Positions 52,736 through 63,937 of a DNA stretch of 64,000 nt are shown here, piece by piece; the first letter of the stretch is position 1, and each line of letters begins with the position of its first letter. The position numbers and the translations under genes are program-made. Below the pieces are notes generated by a model that was given only the letters and a program-made list of their open reading frames with translations, ran no database searches and was not told where the DNA came from. Source of the stretch: Octopus sinensis (lineage: Eukaryota); the NCBI RefSeq assembly GCF_006345805.1, contig NC_042999.1, forward strand, positions 154,628,001-154,692,000. Reading direction: 5' to 3'.

Positions 52736-53237
52736 CTAGCAGTATCGCCCGGCGTTGCTCGGGTTTGTAAGGAAAAATAACTATATAAGCATTTTTAGAG
52801 ATGTACGTCCCTTATAAATTCGGGCTTCTTAGCATTTTGTTTTGGTGTCTTCAAGCCATGAAGTCGTTGTTCTAAAGAACGCTGGTTTCCTTCACAACGC
52901 ATTACGACGTTGATTTCTTTACACTCCCTCCCCACAGCTTCACGAGGGAGGGAAGGGGGAGAAGCAAACAGGTGCAGCTGTGAGCGTGGACGCCAACTTC
53001 GCCGCCATCGACACACGATGCATTTTATGCATTAAAATGGAATAAAAAATTATGTTAAATTATTTTTTAAATCGTAGACTCATCGTAGACGCGTGCTAAT
53101 ACCCAGAAGGGCTCGATATGAATCACGACTATAAGATACCCGAATTTGGTTAAACTGCACCGCAAAATGTGGGAGGAGTTAGGAATCTAAATCGAAGGGG
53201 ACAGACACTCACACAACTAGAGTTTTATATATATAGA
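52736..53237 (-). mobile_element. Helitron-like element, subtype A', copy 2 of the tandem dimer
   Basis: Abuts copy 1 with no intervening base; ends at GA|T 53237/53238. Confidence 0.88.
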
Positions 53238-53355
53238 TATATATAACTTAAAATAACTTAGAAAGGTTTTGGCCTAGTATTGGCCCAGCCCATGTCTAGC
53301 TTAATAGCACCACCTGGCAAAAGAGCTGCAACACGACGATATATATATATATATC

Positions 53356-53745
53356 GTGGAGGCGCAATGGCCCAGTGGTTAGGGCAGCGGACTCGCGGTC
53401 ATAGGATCGCGGTTTCGACCCCCAGACCGAGCGTTGATTGTGTTTATTGAGCGAAAACACCTAAAAGTTCCACGAGGCTATGGCAGGGGATGGTGGTGAT
53501 CCCTGCTGTACTCTTTCACCACAACTTTCTCTCACTCTACTTCCTGTTTCTGGTTTGTACCTGTATTTCAAAGGGCAGCCTTGTTCACTCTCTGTGTCAC
53601 GCTGAATATCCCGAGAACTACGTTAAGGGTACACGTGTCTGTGGAGTGCTCAGCCACTTACACGTTAATTTCACGAGCAGGCAGCTGTTCCGTTGATTCG
53701 GATCAACCGGAACCCTCGTCGTCGTAACCGACGGAGTGCTTCCAA
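53356..53745 (+). mobile_element. Family 2 SINE, full length, tRNA(Arg)-like head
   Basis: GTGGAGGCGCAATGGCCCAGTGGTTAGGGCAGCGGACTCGCGGTC...GGTTTCGA. Minus copies at 19031, 19640, 21075, 22945, 29120 and 30260; head-only copy at 45863. Confidence 0.88.
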
Positions 53746-53759
53746 TATATATATATATC

Positions 53760-54105
53760 ACCTTGACCGACCACTCCTCTCTGGATCGCGCCTTTCTCAT
53801 CCACGTGATCCCAATAGTCCTCCTGTAATCGTAACTCCACCGTCGTGGAGGTCTTCCGGGTGGTCTTTTCCGCTCACGCGGGTACCACTCGACAGCTGCG
53901 CGGGTCCACCGATTATCGGTGAGCCGGGCGACGTGTCCAGCCCATCTATACTTGCTGCGTGTATACTCTGCGATGACATTCTCTCACGCCGGACTTCTTT
54001 CTGATGAGCTCGCTACTGATGTGCTCTTCAACGAGATTCCAATGACCTTTCCATTGCTCTTTGAGCCCGTTACCAGTCTTTGCTCCTCTCTCTTTGTGGT
54101 AGCCC

Positions 54106-54108
<3 letters not shown>
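53760..54108 (-). pseudogene. RTE LINE 3' fragment
   Basis: KYRWAGHVARLTDNRWTRAAVEWYPRERKRPPGRPPRRW. Confidence 0.9.
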
Positions 54109-54168
<60 letters not shown>

Positions 54169-54333
54169 AAGTGAGTATATTTGCCATTTGAATATAGCTA
54201 ACCCCTAAGGGTGGATGCTACTGTAGTTTGTAGCCCCAGGAAGACACCTCCTCCAGCTGGCTATATAGACACACTTTCTGTGTCCTATCAGTATTTGAAG
54301 GGAAGTCATCCTTTCCGTCTTCAACTTATGATA

Positions 54334-54379
54334 CACACGGACTCGAGTTTCAAGGTATTGACCTATCATCGGACGTGTG
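54334..54379 (-). ncRNA. Variant type I hammerhead-like motif
   Basis: cacacg-u-CCGAUGA-u-aggu caau accu-u-GAAAC-ucga-GUC-cgugug: 6-bp stem I, palindromic ACUCGAGU, U4C substitution. Confidence 0.5.
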
Positions 54380-54509
54380 ACAATCATGTTGTCGGACGAG
54401 AAGTCGGTTCCCCTCACAAATACATATCCTTTTCCAGTATCGATTGACACTGATATTGAAAAAGTGAAACCAAACTCGCTCTGAGATTTATCATATATAT
54501 ATATATATC

Positions 54510-54558
54510 AGGCTTGCTGATGAATACAGAGGTATGAAATCACAGGTGATATCAGTCT
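54510..54558 (+). ncRNA. Type I hammerhead ribozyme candidate with complete core
   Basis: aggcuug-CUGAUGA-auac agag guau-GAAA-uca cagg uga-UA-ucagucu: stem II 4 bp, stem III 4 bp, stem I 6/7 paired; AUA cleavage triplet, predicted cut after 54551. Confidence 0.6.
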
Positions 54559-54807
54559 AATTTTTAAATGTCTTACTTTGGAGAATTGCATTCGGTGGGA
54601 TTAGTAAAATTTTTGGTTTTTAGAAATGACTAATTTTGTCCCTCTTAGCGTGTGGCATGTATGTATAATTAATGCCCTTATACATATAAATTAATATGTT
54701 CAATAAGAAAGAATTATTTTCGAAAATTTTTCTCTTATGAGGTCTTTCACGCTATCTACCTGATAATTTCTTGTTAAGTTTTCCTTATAAGAAGTGTCCT
54801 TAATTGC

Positions 54808-54828
<21 letters not shown>

Positions 54829-54843
<15 letters not shown>

Positions 54844-55324
54844 CTCTAGTTGTGTGAGTGTCTGTCCCCTTCGATTTAGATTCCTAACTCCTCCCACATT
54901 TTGCGGTGCAGTTTAACAAATTCGGGTATCTTATAGTCGTGATCATATCGAGCCCCGTCTGACTATTAGCGCGCGTCAACGATGAGTCTACGATTTTAAA
55001 AATAATTTAACATCATTTTTTATTCATTTTAATGCATAAAAGCATCGTGTGTCGATGGCGGCGGAGTTGGCGTCCACGCTCACAGCTGCACCTGTTTGCT
55101 TCTCCCCCTTCCCTCCCTCGTGAAGCTGTGGGGAAGGGAGTGTAAAGAAATCAATTCGTGTAATGCGTTGTGAAGGAGACCAGCGTTCTTTTAGAACAAC
55201 GACTTCATGGCTTGAAGACACCAAACAAAAAAATGGCTAAGAAAGCCCGAATTGGCATCTAAAAATGCTTATATAGTTATTTCCCTTACAAACCCGAGCA
55301 ACCCGCCGGGGGCGCTACTGCTAG
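54829..55324 (+). mobile_element. Helitron-like element, subtype A', copy 3
   Basis: Reverse complement of copies 1 and 2; ends CTAG|T at 55324; 5' end merges into (TA)n. Confidence 0.85.
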
Positions 55325-55923
55325 TATATATATAACTTAGAAAGGTTTTGGCCATCACAGACAACTTCAGCTTTATACAGAGAGAGATATGAGCGTTTAC
55401 TTACACATTACACACATACATACATACATACATACATACATACCATACATACACACACACACACATACATACACATACATGCATACAGTTAAACACATGC
55501 AATACATACATACATACATACATACATACATACAGACATACATACATACATTCCAACACATGCCATGTTACAATAAAACATACATACATTACATACATAA
55601 ATACATACATACATACAGACATACATACCATACATACATACATACATACATACATGCATGCATGTAGTAGAAAAATGAGATTTACACTAAAAATACGCAT
55701 TCGGCAGCGTCGTTCAAAGGGAAATAACTTCTGACTTCCAAAGACTAGCGTCTAAGAAACTGAATAGTAAATACATTTACGTGTGTATGTGAGTGTGCGC
55801 CTACGAATATCTCTAAAAGTATATTTAAAAGAGATCGCTACAAGCGTGACTCGAGGTACTTGTGTTTCGTATGAAGTAACTTTTGCTACCCCTATATTAA
55901 ACTTAGCAAATAAAAATAGTATA

Positions 55924-56322
55924 TCTTTATATATAAAAGTCAAGTTGTGTGTCTGTCTCCTACGATTTAGATTCCTAACTACTCCCACATTTTGCGGTGC
56001 AGTGTAACCAAAACCGGGTATCTTATAGTCGTGATTCATATCGAGCCCTTCTGGGTATTAGCGCGCGTCTACGATGAGTCTACGATTTTAAAAAAAATTT
56101 ACCATCGTTTTTTTCCATTTTAATGCATTTTTTCGCTATTATATAAGGGAAGTAACTCTCTAAAAATGTCTACGATGAGTCAACGATTTTTCAAAAAAAT
56201 TTACCATCATTTTTTTCCCATTTTTAATGCATTTTTTTGCTATTTTTTGGCTATAACTCTCTAAAAATGCTTATATAGTTATTTCCCTTACAAACCCGAG
56301 CAACGCCGGGCGATACTGCTAG
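55924..56322 (+). mobile_element. Helitron-like element, subtype A
   Basis: A|TCTTTATATATAAAAG ... CCCGAGCAACGCCGGG CGATACTGCTAG|T; sister of 12528-12921. Confidence 0.88.
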
Positions 56323-56571
56323 TATATATATATATTTATTATACATATATCATATATGTGTGTGTGCGTGTCTGTACAAAATTCAAATAAGTAATCATTT
56401 TCTTTCAAAAAATAATGATAAAGTGGCCTTCAAACATTCTCTGTGCATATTTACATATAGTAAGAGATACATGCTTTTTGGGGAGTTTTACTCTTCTTTC
56501 AAGCAAACAGGTACATATTCAATCCTGACTTTTAATATGTATGTCTGTATATATGTATGTATGTATGTATG

Positions 56572-56605
<34 letters not shown>

Positions 56606-56629
56606 TGTATATGCATAATATATATATCA

Positions 56630-57035
56630 TCATCATCATCGTAATTTAACGTCCGCTTTCCATGCTAACATGGGTTGGACGATTTGACTGAGGTCTGGCG
56701 AACCAGATGGCTGCACCAGACTCCAATCTGATCTGGCAGAGTTTCTACAGCTGGATGCCCTTCCTTCCTAACGCGAACCACTCCGAGAGTGTAGTGGGTG
56801 CTTTTACGTGCCACCGGCACGAGGGCCAGTCAGGTGGTACTGACAACGGCCACACTCAAATGGTGCTTATTATGTGCGAGTTTGATTTTGATTTCGATTT
56901 CACTTGCCTCAACAAGTCTTTGCAAGCAGAGTTTAGTGTCCAATGAAGGAAAGGCACGCATAAGTGGACTGGTTACAGCCCTAGCACATGGCACAAGGTT
57001 ATGGTCTCACTTGTGCTTGCCGAGTATTCTCAAGC
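56630..57035 (-). mobile_element. SINE-like repeat with (GAT)n tail; related copies at ~60010-60447 (+) and 61840-62215 (+)
   Basis: Shared ...ccaacccatgctagcatggaaagcggacgttaaacgatgatgatg end. Confidence 0.7.
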
Positions 57036-57108
57036 ACAGCATATATATATATATTTATATTTACATTTTCATTTATATTTATATATTGATTTTATTTGCT
57101 GCTAAAAA

Positions 57109-57145
<37 letters not shown>

Positions 57146-57485
57146 CTTTCATCCAACAAATTTGATGCAAGTTTGGTTACAAGCCTGCTCCTAAGGCCAA
57201 ATCTGTATCAGCCAGGTCCTCCTCCGCAATTCTCGCTCAGGTCTTCTTTGCCTCCTACATACTCCATATAGTTTTAATTTGAGAGAGGCTCTCACTAGTC
57301 ACTTTGTAGCTATGTGTAACACATGGCTAAGCATCTTCCACCATCTTATGACCATGGAATCTCATCAGTTACTCTGCCCATCTCTTCACATTATTTAAAC
57401 CTTTTGTTATTGTATATATTTTGAGATGCTCTGTGTTTCTTCCAATTGATTTTAAATATAACAAAGAATTTAGTAAAATAACTTA

Positions 57486-58762
57486 CGAGGGACGTTCAAT
57501 AAGTAATGCCTCTGACCCACTTGCAGTTGTTTGATCTAGCTGAAATTTTGCATATGCAATCATTTATATCTCTATAGAGTAAGTGGCAAATTACAGCTCT
57601 CTGAATTAATTGTGGTTTGTGATTTACAGGTGTTTGAACCGAGTCAAGTGTGAAATGGAGCCTGTTGAGTGTCGAGCAGTGATCCGGTTTTTGTATTTGA
57701 AAGGACGCACACACGGAGACTTTGATGAAATGAAAGTACTTATGGTAATGATGCCCCATCATATGACCTTGTAACGCTGGCAAGGTGAATTCAAACATGG
57801 TCGGAACTCTGTGGAAACAGCTCCCAGATCTGGTCGTCCCCTTCTGCCATTGATGAGGCATCTGTCCGTCAAGTTGAGGCTGCCATTTTGGAAGATCGAC
57901 GCTAATTATTCGCCAAATAGCCCATGAGGTCAAGATTAGTACCGGGTCTGTGGAAACTATCACTCATGACCATTTGCATATGCAAAAGGTGTCTGCCAGA
58001 TGGATTCCCAGGTTGCTCACGCCTTTCCAGAAGCAAGAACGCGTTGAGTGCTCGAGGGTGAATTTGGAGATGTGCCCAAGAAGATGAGTCAAATTTTTCA
58101 AAAGACTGATTACACAGGATGAACCTGGGTCCATCACGATGATCTAGAGACCAAAGCCCCAGTCAATGCAATGGAAGCACCGTGACTCACCCCCTCCAAA
58201 GAAAGCAAGGGTGCAGCCTCTCTGGCAAGGTCATGCTCACAGTTTTCTGGGACCAGGACGGAGTAGTGATGACAGATTTCCTGGCAAAGGGTACCACAAA
58301 TGCAGGAGCCTATTATGCTTCACTTTTGAGGAAATTAAGAGAAGTTATCAAATCAAGAGGCGGGGCAAGATCAGCAAAGGCATCCTCCTCTGCAGGATAC
58401 GCTCGGTCCACACTCGCTTGTCACCAGATCAGAAGCACAGGCGTATGGCTATGAACTTCTCCCCATCCCCCCCTACTTTTCTGACCTTGCACCCTCGATT
58501 TTCACCTCTTCCAATCATGAAGTGTTTTTGAAAGGAAAGCGTTTCCCAGATGATGCAGCCTTGATTTCTGAAGTCACGTTGAGGTTGGAGGACCAACCTG
58601 GGTTCTTCTACAAAGACGGTCTCCAGAGCCGCATCAAACGATGGGAGAAATGCGTAACTCTGGGTGGTTCCTATGTAGAAAAAGACTAATAACTGTGCCA
58701 AGTTTCGTTGCTCTACTGCTATGGGAAGTGGGTCAGGGGCATTACTTATTGAACGCCCCTCG
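57486..58762 (+). mobile_element. Full-length (1277-bp) mariner, D,D34D type, irritans-like
   Basis: ~37-bp TIRs with 2 mismatches; TA duplication at 57484-85 / 58763-64; empty site aacttagttatc in paralogous MITE copies at ~59000 and ~59160. Confidence 0.95.
57655..58689 (+). pseudogene. Mariner transposase, frameshifted as assembled
   Basis: MEPVECRAVIRFLYLKG...RSGRP...WIPRLLT...ITQDE(T)WVHH...QD(N)ARxH...PHPPYFSDLAP(S)DFHLF...WEKCVTLGGSYVEKD*; about 8 or more small indels by manual reading. Confidence 0.92.
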
Positions 58763-60445
58763 TAGGTATCATTAAGCTAGTGTTAGGAACATAAATTGTG
58801 ACTAAGATTTGGTGGAAGATTTTAATTCAAAACTTATAGAAGCAAAACATTTGTACTACAGAGACAGAGGTGGTTTCAGCCAGGCTGGTATCAAAAGAGT
58901 TAAATTAATAATTTGTTAACCCTTTTGTTACCGTATTTCTGTTGAGGTGCTCTGTGTTTCTTTCAATTAATTTAAATATAAAAAAAAAAATGGTAAATAA
59001 CTTAGTTATCATTAAGCTAGTATAGGAACATGAATTGTGACTAAGATCTGGTGGAAGATTTTCATTCACAACTTTTGAAAATTACCGTATTTCTGTTGAG
59101 GTGCTCTGTGTTTCTTTCAATTAATTTTAAATATAACAAAAAAAAATGGTAAAATAACTTAGTTATCATTAAGCTAGTATTAGGAACATGAATTGTGACT
59201 AAGATCTGGTGGAAGATTTTCATTCACAACTTTTGAAAATAATACATTTGTACTACAGAGCCAGGGATGGTTTCAGCTGGTTTGGTATCAAAAGGGTTAA
59301 TTATTCATGATATTATCACACTAGGAAATCCTTTGTATGGTCCTAGAGAAACATCCATGAAAAAAATTTTGCCTTTTTCCACCTCATCTAGATGCAAGCA
59401 TGGCTGCATGGTAAGAAGCTTGCTTCCCAACTACATGGTTCCAAGTTCAGTCCCACTACATGGCAGCTTGGTCAAGTGTCTTCTGTTAAAGCCTTGGGCC
59501 AACCAAAGCCTTGTGAAAGGGTTTGGTAGATGGAAACTGAAAGAAGCTTGTCATATATATATCCTTTTCTTTTATTCCTCTCTTTTATTTGTTTCAGTCA
59601 TTTGATTGTAGCCATGCTGGAGCACCGCCTTTAGTAAAACGAATCAATCTCAGCACTTATTCTTTGTAAGGCTAGTTCTTACTTTATTGGTCTCTTTTGC
59701 CGAACAGCTATGTTATAGGTATGTAAACACACCAGCGTCGATTGTCAAGCGAAGATGGGGAAACAAACACAGACACACAAACATACATTCACACACACAC
59801 AAACACACACACACACACACAATACGAGAGGCTTCTTTCAGTTTCTGTCTACCAAATCCACTCATTAGTCTTTGGTCAGCCCAAAGTTATAGTAGAAGAC
59901 ACTTGCCCAAGGTGCCACACAGTGGGACTGAACCTGGAACCATGTGGTTGGTAAGCAAGTTATTTACCACACCCCCACTCCTGCAGCTATTCATATATAG
60001 ACCCAGCAAGCCAAATGAGACCATAACCTGTGGCCTATGCCAGGAGCATAACCCGCCCGCTTATGTGTACCTTTTCCTTCTTTGGTCACTAAACTCTGCT
60101 TGAGGCAAGTGAAATCAAAATCAAAATCAAAAATTTGATGACTGGCATCCGTGCTAGTGGGGTGCAAAGAGCACCATTCAAGCATGATCGTTACCAACGT
60201 CGCCTTACTGGCACCTGTGCCAGTGGCATGTGTAAAAAGATTCGAGTGAGGTCGTTGTGAGTACCGCCTGACTGGCCCCCATGCCGGTGACACGTAAAAG
60301 CACCCACTACACTCTCAGAGTGGTTGGCGGTAGAAACTCTGCTAGATCAAGATTGGAGCCTGGTGCAGCCATCTGGTTCGCCAGCCCTCAGTCAAAACGT
60401 CCAACCCATGCTTGCATGGAAAGCAGACATTAAACGATGATGATG

Positions 60446-60479
<34 letters not shown>

Positions 60480-61842
60480 ATACCTATATTTGTGTGTCTT
60501 TGTGTCTATGTTTGTCCCCCAACACTGCTTCACAACTGGTGTTGGTGTCTTTACATACCTGTAACTTAGCAGTTCAACAAAAGAGTCCAATAGAATAAGT
60601 ACCAGGCTTTCAAAGAAAAATACGAGTACTGGTGCCAATTCTATTGACTGTAAATTCTTCAAGGTAGTGCCCCAGCATGGCCGCAGTCTAATGACTGGAA
60701 CAAGTAAAAGAAGTGATCAAGAATACAATATTCTCCTCGAACGGGACACCAATCTATTGCACATTGACAGCTGAGTGGACTGTGGCCATGTGAAATGAAG
60801 TGTTTTGCTGAAAAACACAATGTACCATCTAGTCTGGGAATTGAAATCGTAGTCTTGCAATCTTGAGTGTAAAACCCCAGCCACTAGGTCATATGCCTTC
60901 ATACATTAATCAGAACTTTCTTCTAATTTATCAGAGAACTCAATTTTTTATTCTCGTCCTTGTGTGATTTGGCATTTAATAGTTTTGATCTTTGGATACC
61001 ATTGTTATCCTGATATTTCAAAAATATACTTTATCATTTCACTATGTGTGATCTCACGTCTAATAAATGGTACAGAATAAATACATGAGGAAAGCATCTT
61101 TTCATTTTGGTTTCTGGCAATTATGGATGAGTTGGTTTCAAGAATGGAAACTGTTGTAAAGTGGGTTCCTCCCACTTGTGTGATGTGTGACTGCCATTGT
61201 ACCGTAGTTGCAATAGAAACATCCTTAATGTGCTTTTGTAAGAGGTTTGTTGCCTCAAAATGTTTTATAAAAGAACAATGTGTTGCCACACCTTCTGTTG
61301 TTTCATCTGCAAAGCATACACCGTTTGTTTTTAATAAAAAGATAGTAATATCTGCCAGGCTTATTCCTTTTGATACCATCATGTTCAAAACTGCTTTCGT
61401 TTCTATTGTACAAATTGCTTGTTTTAAATAGATCTAAAGTAAAAATTCCGCCGAAGTTTCAAGTAAACTTGTGTTCCAAACAATACCTTAATAACAACAA
61501 AGTTATTTTACTAAATTATTTATTATTTAATTGAAATTAATTGAAACAAAGGTAGTGTATTTAAACAGGAACATGGTAAGAAAAGGGTTAACACACACCA
61601 GTATCCCAGACTATTATATCTAAATGATTAAATGTTCCTCTTCACCGCAGTCTATCATTTAGAAAGGTTATGTAGCAAAAGGGAACGACTTTCTTCTTTC
61701 ATGTGAAACACCTACTGATTTTGCCACCATCGCCACTATCATGTCAAACAAAGAAGGAGGTGTGTATACAGGTGTATACAGCAATCAGCGGGCATTGCTG
61801 TTGTCCTCATTTTTCACCATTTCATTTGTCATTCATATCATA

Positions 61843-62042
61843 ATCCGAATCGTGGCCGATGCCAGCGCCGCCTCGACTGGCTTCCATGTCGGTGGCACGT
61901 AAAAAGCACCATCCGAATCGTGGCCGAAGCCAGTGCCGCCTCGACTGGCTTCCATGCAGGTGGCACGTAAAATGCACCAATCCGACCGTGGCCGATGCCA
62001 GCCACGCCTGGCACCAGTGCAGGTGGCACGTAAAAAGCACCC
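61843..62042 (+). repeat. Three ~63-68-bp GC-rich tandem subrepeats inside the SINE-like element
   Basis: Unit atccgaatcgtggccgatgccagcgccgcctcgactggcttccatgtcggtggcacgtaaaaagcacc. Confidence 0.9.
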
Positions 62043-62984
62043 ACTACACTCACGGAGTGGTTGGCATTAGGAAGGGCATCCAGCTGTAGAAACATTGCCA
62101 GATAAGACCGGAGCCTGGTGCAGCCTTCTGGCTTCCCAGATCCCCGGTCGAACCGTCCAACCCATGCTAGCATGGAGAACGGACGTTAAACGATGATGAT
62201 GATCATCATCATCATTATGTGTGTGTCCAACCTGCAGCTTCCTTTCTGTGTAAGGCCTTTGTGGCCAATTAAATGAATAAAAGAAGCTTGCTTCCCAACT
62301 ACATGGTTCTGAGTTCAGTCCCACTACATAGCAGCCGGGTCAAGTGTTTTCTGTAAAAGCCTTGGCCCAACCAAAGCCTTGTGAGAGGGTTTGGTAGATG
62401 GAAACTGAAAGAAGCCCATCGTATATATATATATTCTTTTCTTTTATAGAAACATCCACCTTGCCAAATCAAACTGGAATCTGGTACAGCCCACCTGGCT
62501 TACCAGTTTTCAGTCAAAATGTCCAACCATTGCCAGCATGGAAAGCAGACGTTAAATTTTGATGATGATGATGATCATCATCATCATCATCATCATACAT
62601 GAGATAGTGAATGTGATAATTAAATGTCTTCATTTTTTTTTGTATCTTTTATTTTTTCTTTTATTTGTTTTACTCATTAAAGTGCAGCCATGCTGGAGCA
62701 CTGACTTGAAGAATTTTTAATTTGACTGAATCAACCCCAGTACTTATTTTTTTAAAAACCTGGTACTTATTCCATCAGTCTCTTTTGATGAACGACTAAG
62801 TTAAGGGGACGTAAACACATCAACACCATCATCAAGTGGTGGTGGTGGTGGTGGGGGTGGGGGAGAGAAACACAAAGACACACACACATATAGATATATA
62901 CATGTGTGTGTGTGATAGGCTTCTTTTAGATCCCATCAACCAAATCCACTGACAAGGATTTGATCAGCCCAAGGCTATAGTAGT

Positions 62985-63355
62985 TGTAAGAATTAGCACT
63001 TCCTTCTCAAAGCTTGGATTCGAAATCAGACCCAAGAATCATTGGTCGTAAAATACCAATGCACAAAAAAGGCGCGAAATCAGAATCTCTTTGTTCGGAC
63101 AAAAAATGATGGATCGTCTCCCTTCGACCTCTGACCCGAGCAGGTCAGGCGAAGTTTAACAGGACGACCAGCGACCTACTGTACGCAATAACACTCTTGC
63201 GGTATATCTATTTTTCTGGCTATTTGAGATGTTATAAATAGAACGGAGAAATAGGTATCTGGAGAGAAGCCGAACCAACGTTTAAGAGAACGTCACGCAT
63301 TTATGAGGACGACGAAAGAATATTCAGAAGGTGACTCTGTACTGCATGATTTACA
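62985..63355 (+). mobile_element. Possible solo LTR
   Basis: TGTAA...TTACA termini; TATAAATA at 63233; interrupts a family 3 SINE. No TSD confirmed. Confidence 0.35.
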
Positions 63356-63821
63356 CACACACACACACACACACCATCAAACATATTCTGCTTTAATGTG
63401 TATCCTGTATTATGCATTCCTTTAAAATGTATTATTTGCAACCACTATTTAATATGCATTTTGTACAAGCGATGTGTAACATTGCTTACAAATTGATGTA
63501 GTGATAATAAATCTTTAATTTATTACAAAGCACTTATGTATTTATTAATACATCCACGCATCCACTACATAGTAGACACTTGCCCTAAGTGCCATGCAGT
63601 GGAACTGAACTCAGAACGATGTGGTTGAGAAGCCAACTTCATACCACACAGCCATGCCTGCATATAATACAATATAGTTATCTAATGTCATATAATATAA
63701 CACAAAACTTCAACATACATAATTTATTCTTTATTAAATATGATGAATAGTAAAATATAATGAAGTATATATTTTATTACATATTGAAATTAATAAAGGA
63801 TATAGCAACAATATATGTGGA

Positions 63822-63868
63822 TAATGATGATGATGATAATAAAAATAATAATAATAATAATAATAATG

Positions 63869-63936
<68 letters not shown>
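63822..63936. repeat. (AAT)n microsatellite
   Basis: Direct reading. Confidence 0.97.

Positions 63937-63937
<1 letters not shown>

Larger units (their letters stand above)
57399..58899 (+). mobile_element. piggyBac-like (TTAA) MITE interrupted by a mariner; further copies at 58920-59296 (with internal tandem duplication) and 61365-61587 (-)
   Basis: TTAA|CCCTTTTGTTACC ... GGTATCAAAAGGG|TTAA in the 58920 copy. Confidence 0.75.

Noticed and set aside
53356-53430. tRNA-like sequences at SINE heads (also 45863 and 22300-22375)
   Set aside because: They have A/B boxes and an anticodon-like arm but run straight into SINE bodies repeated many times; no complete cloverleaf seen.
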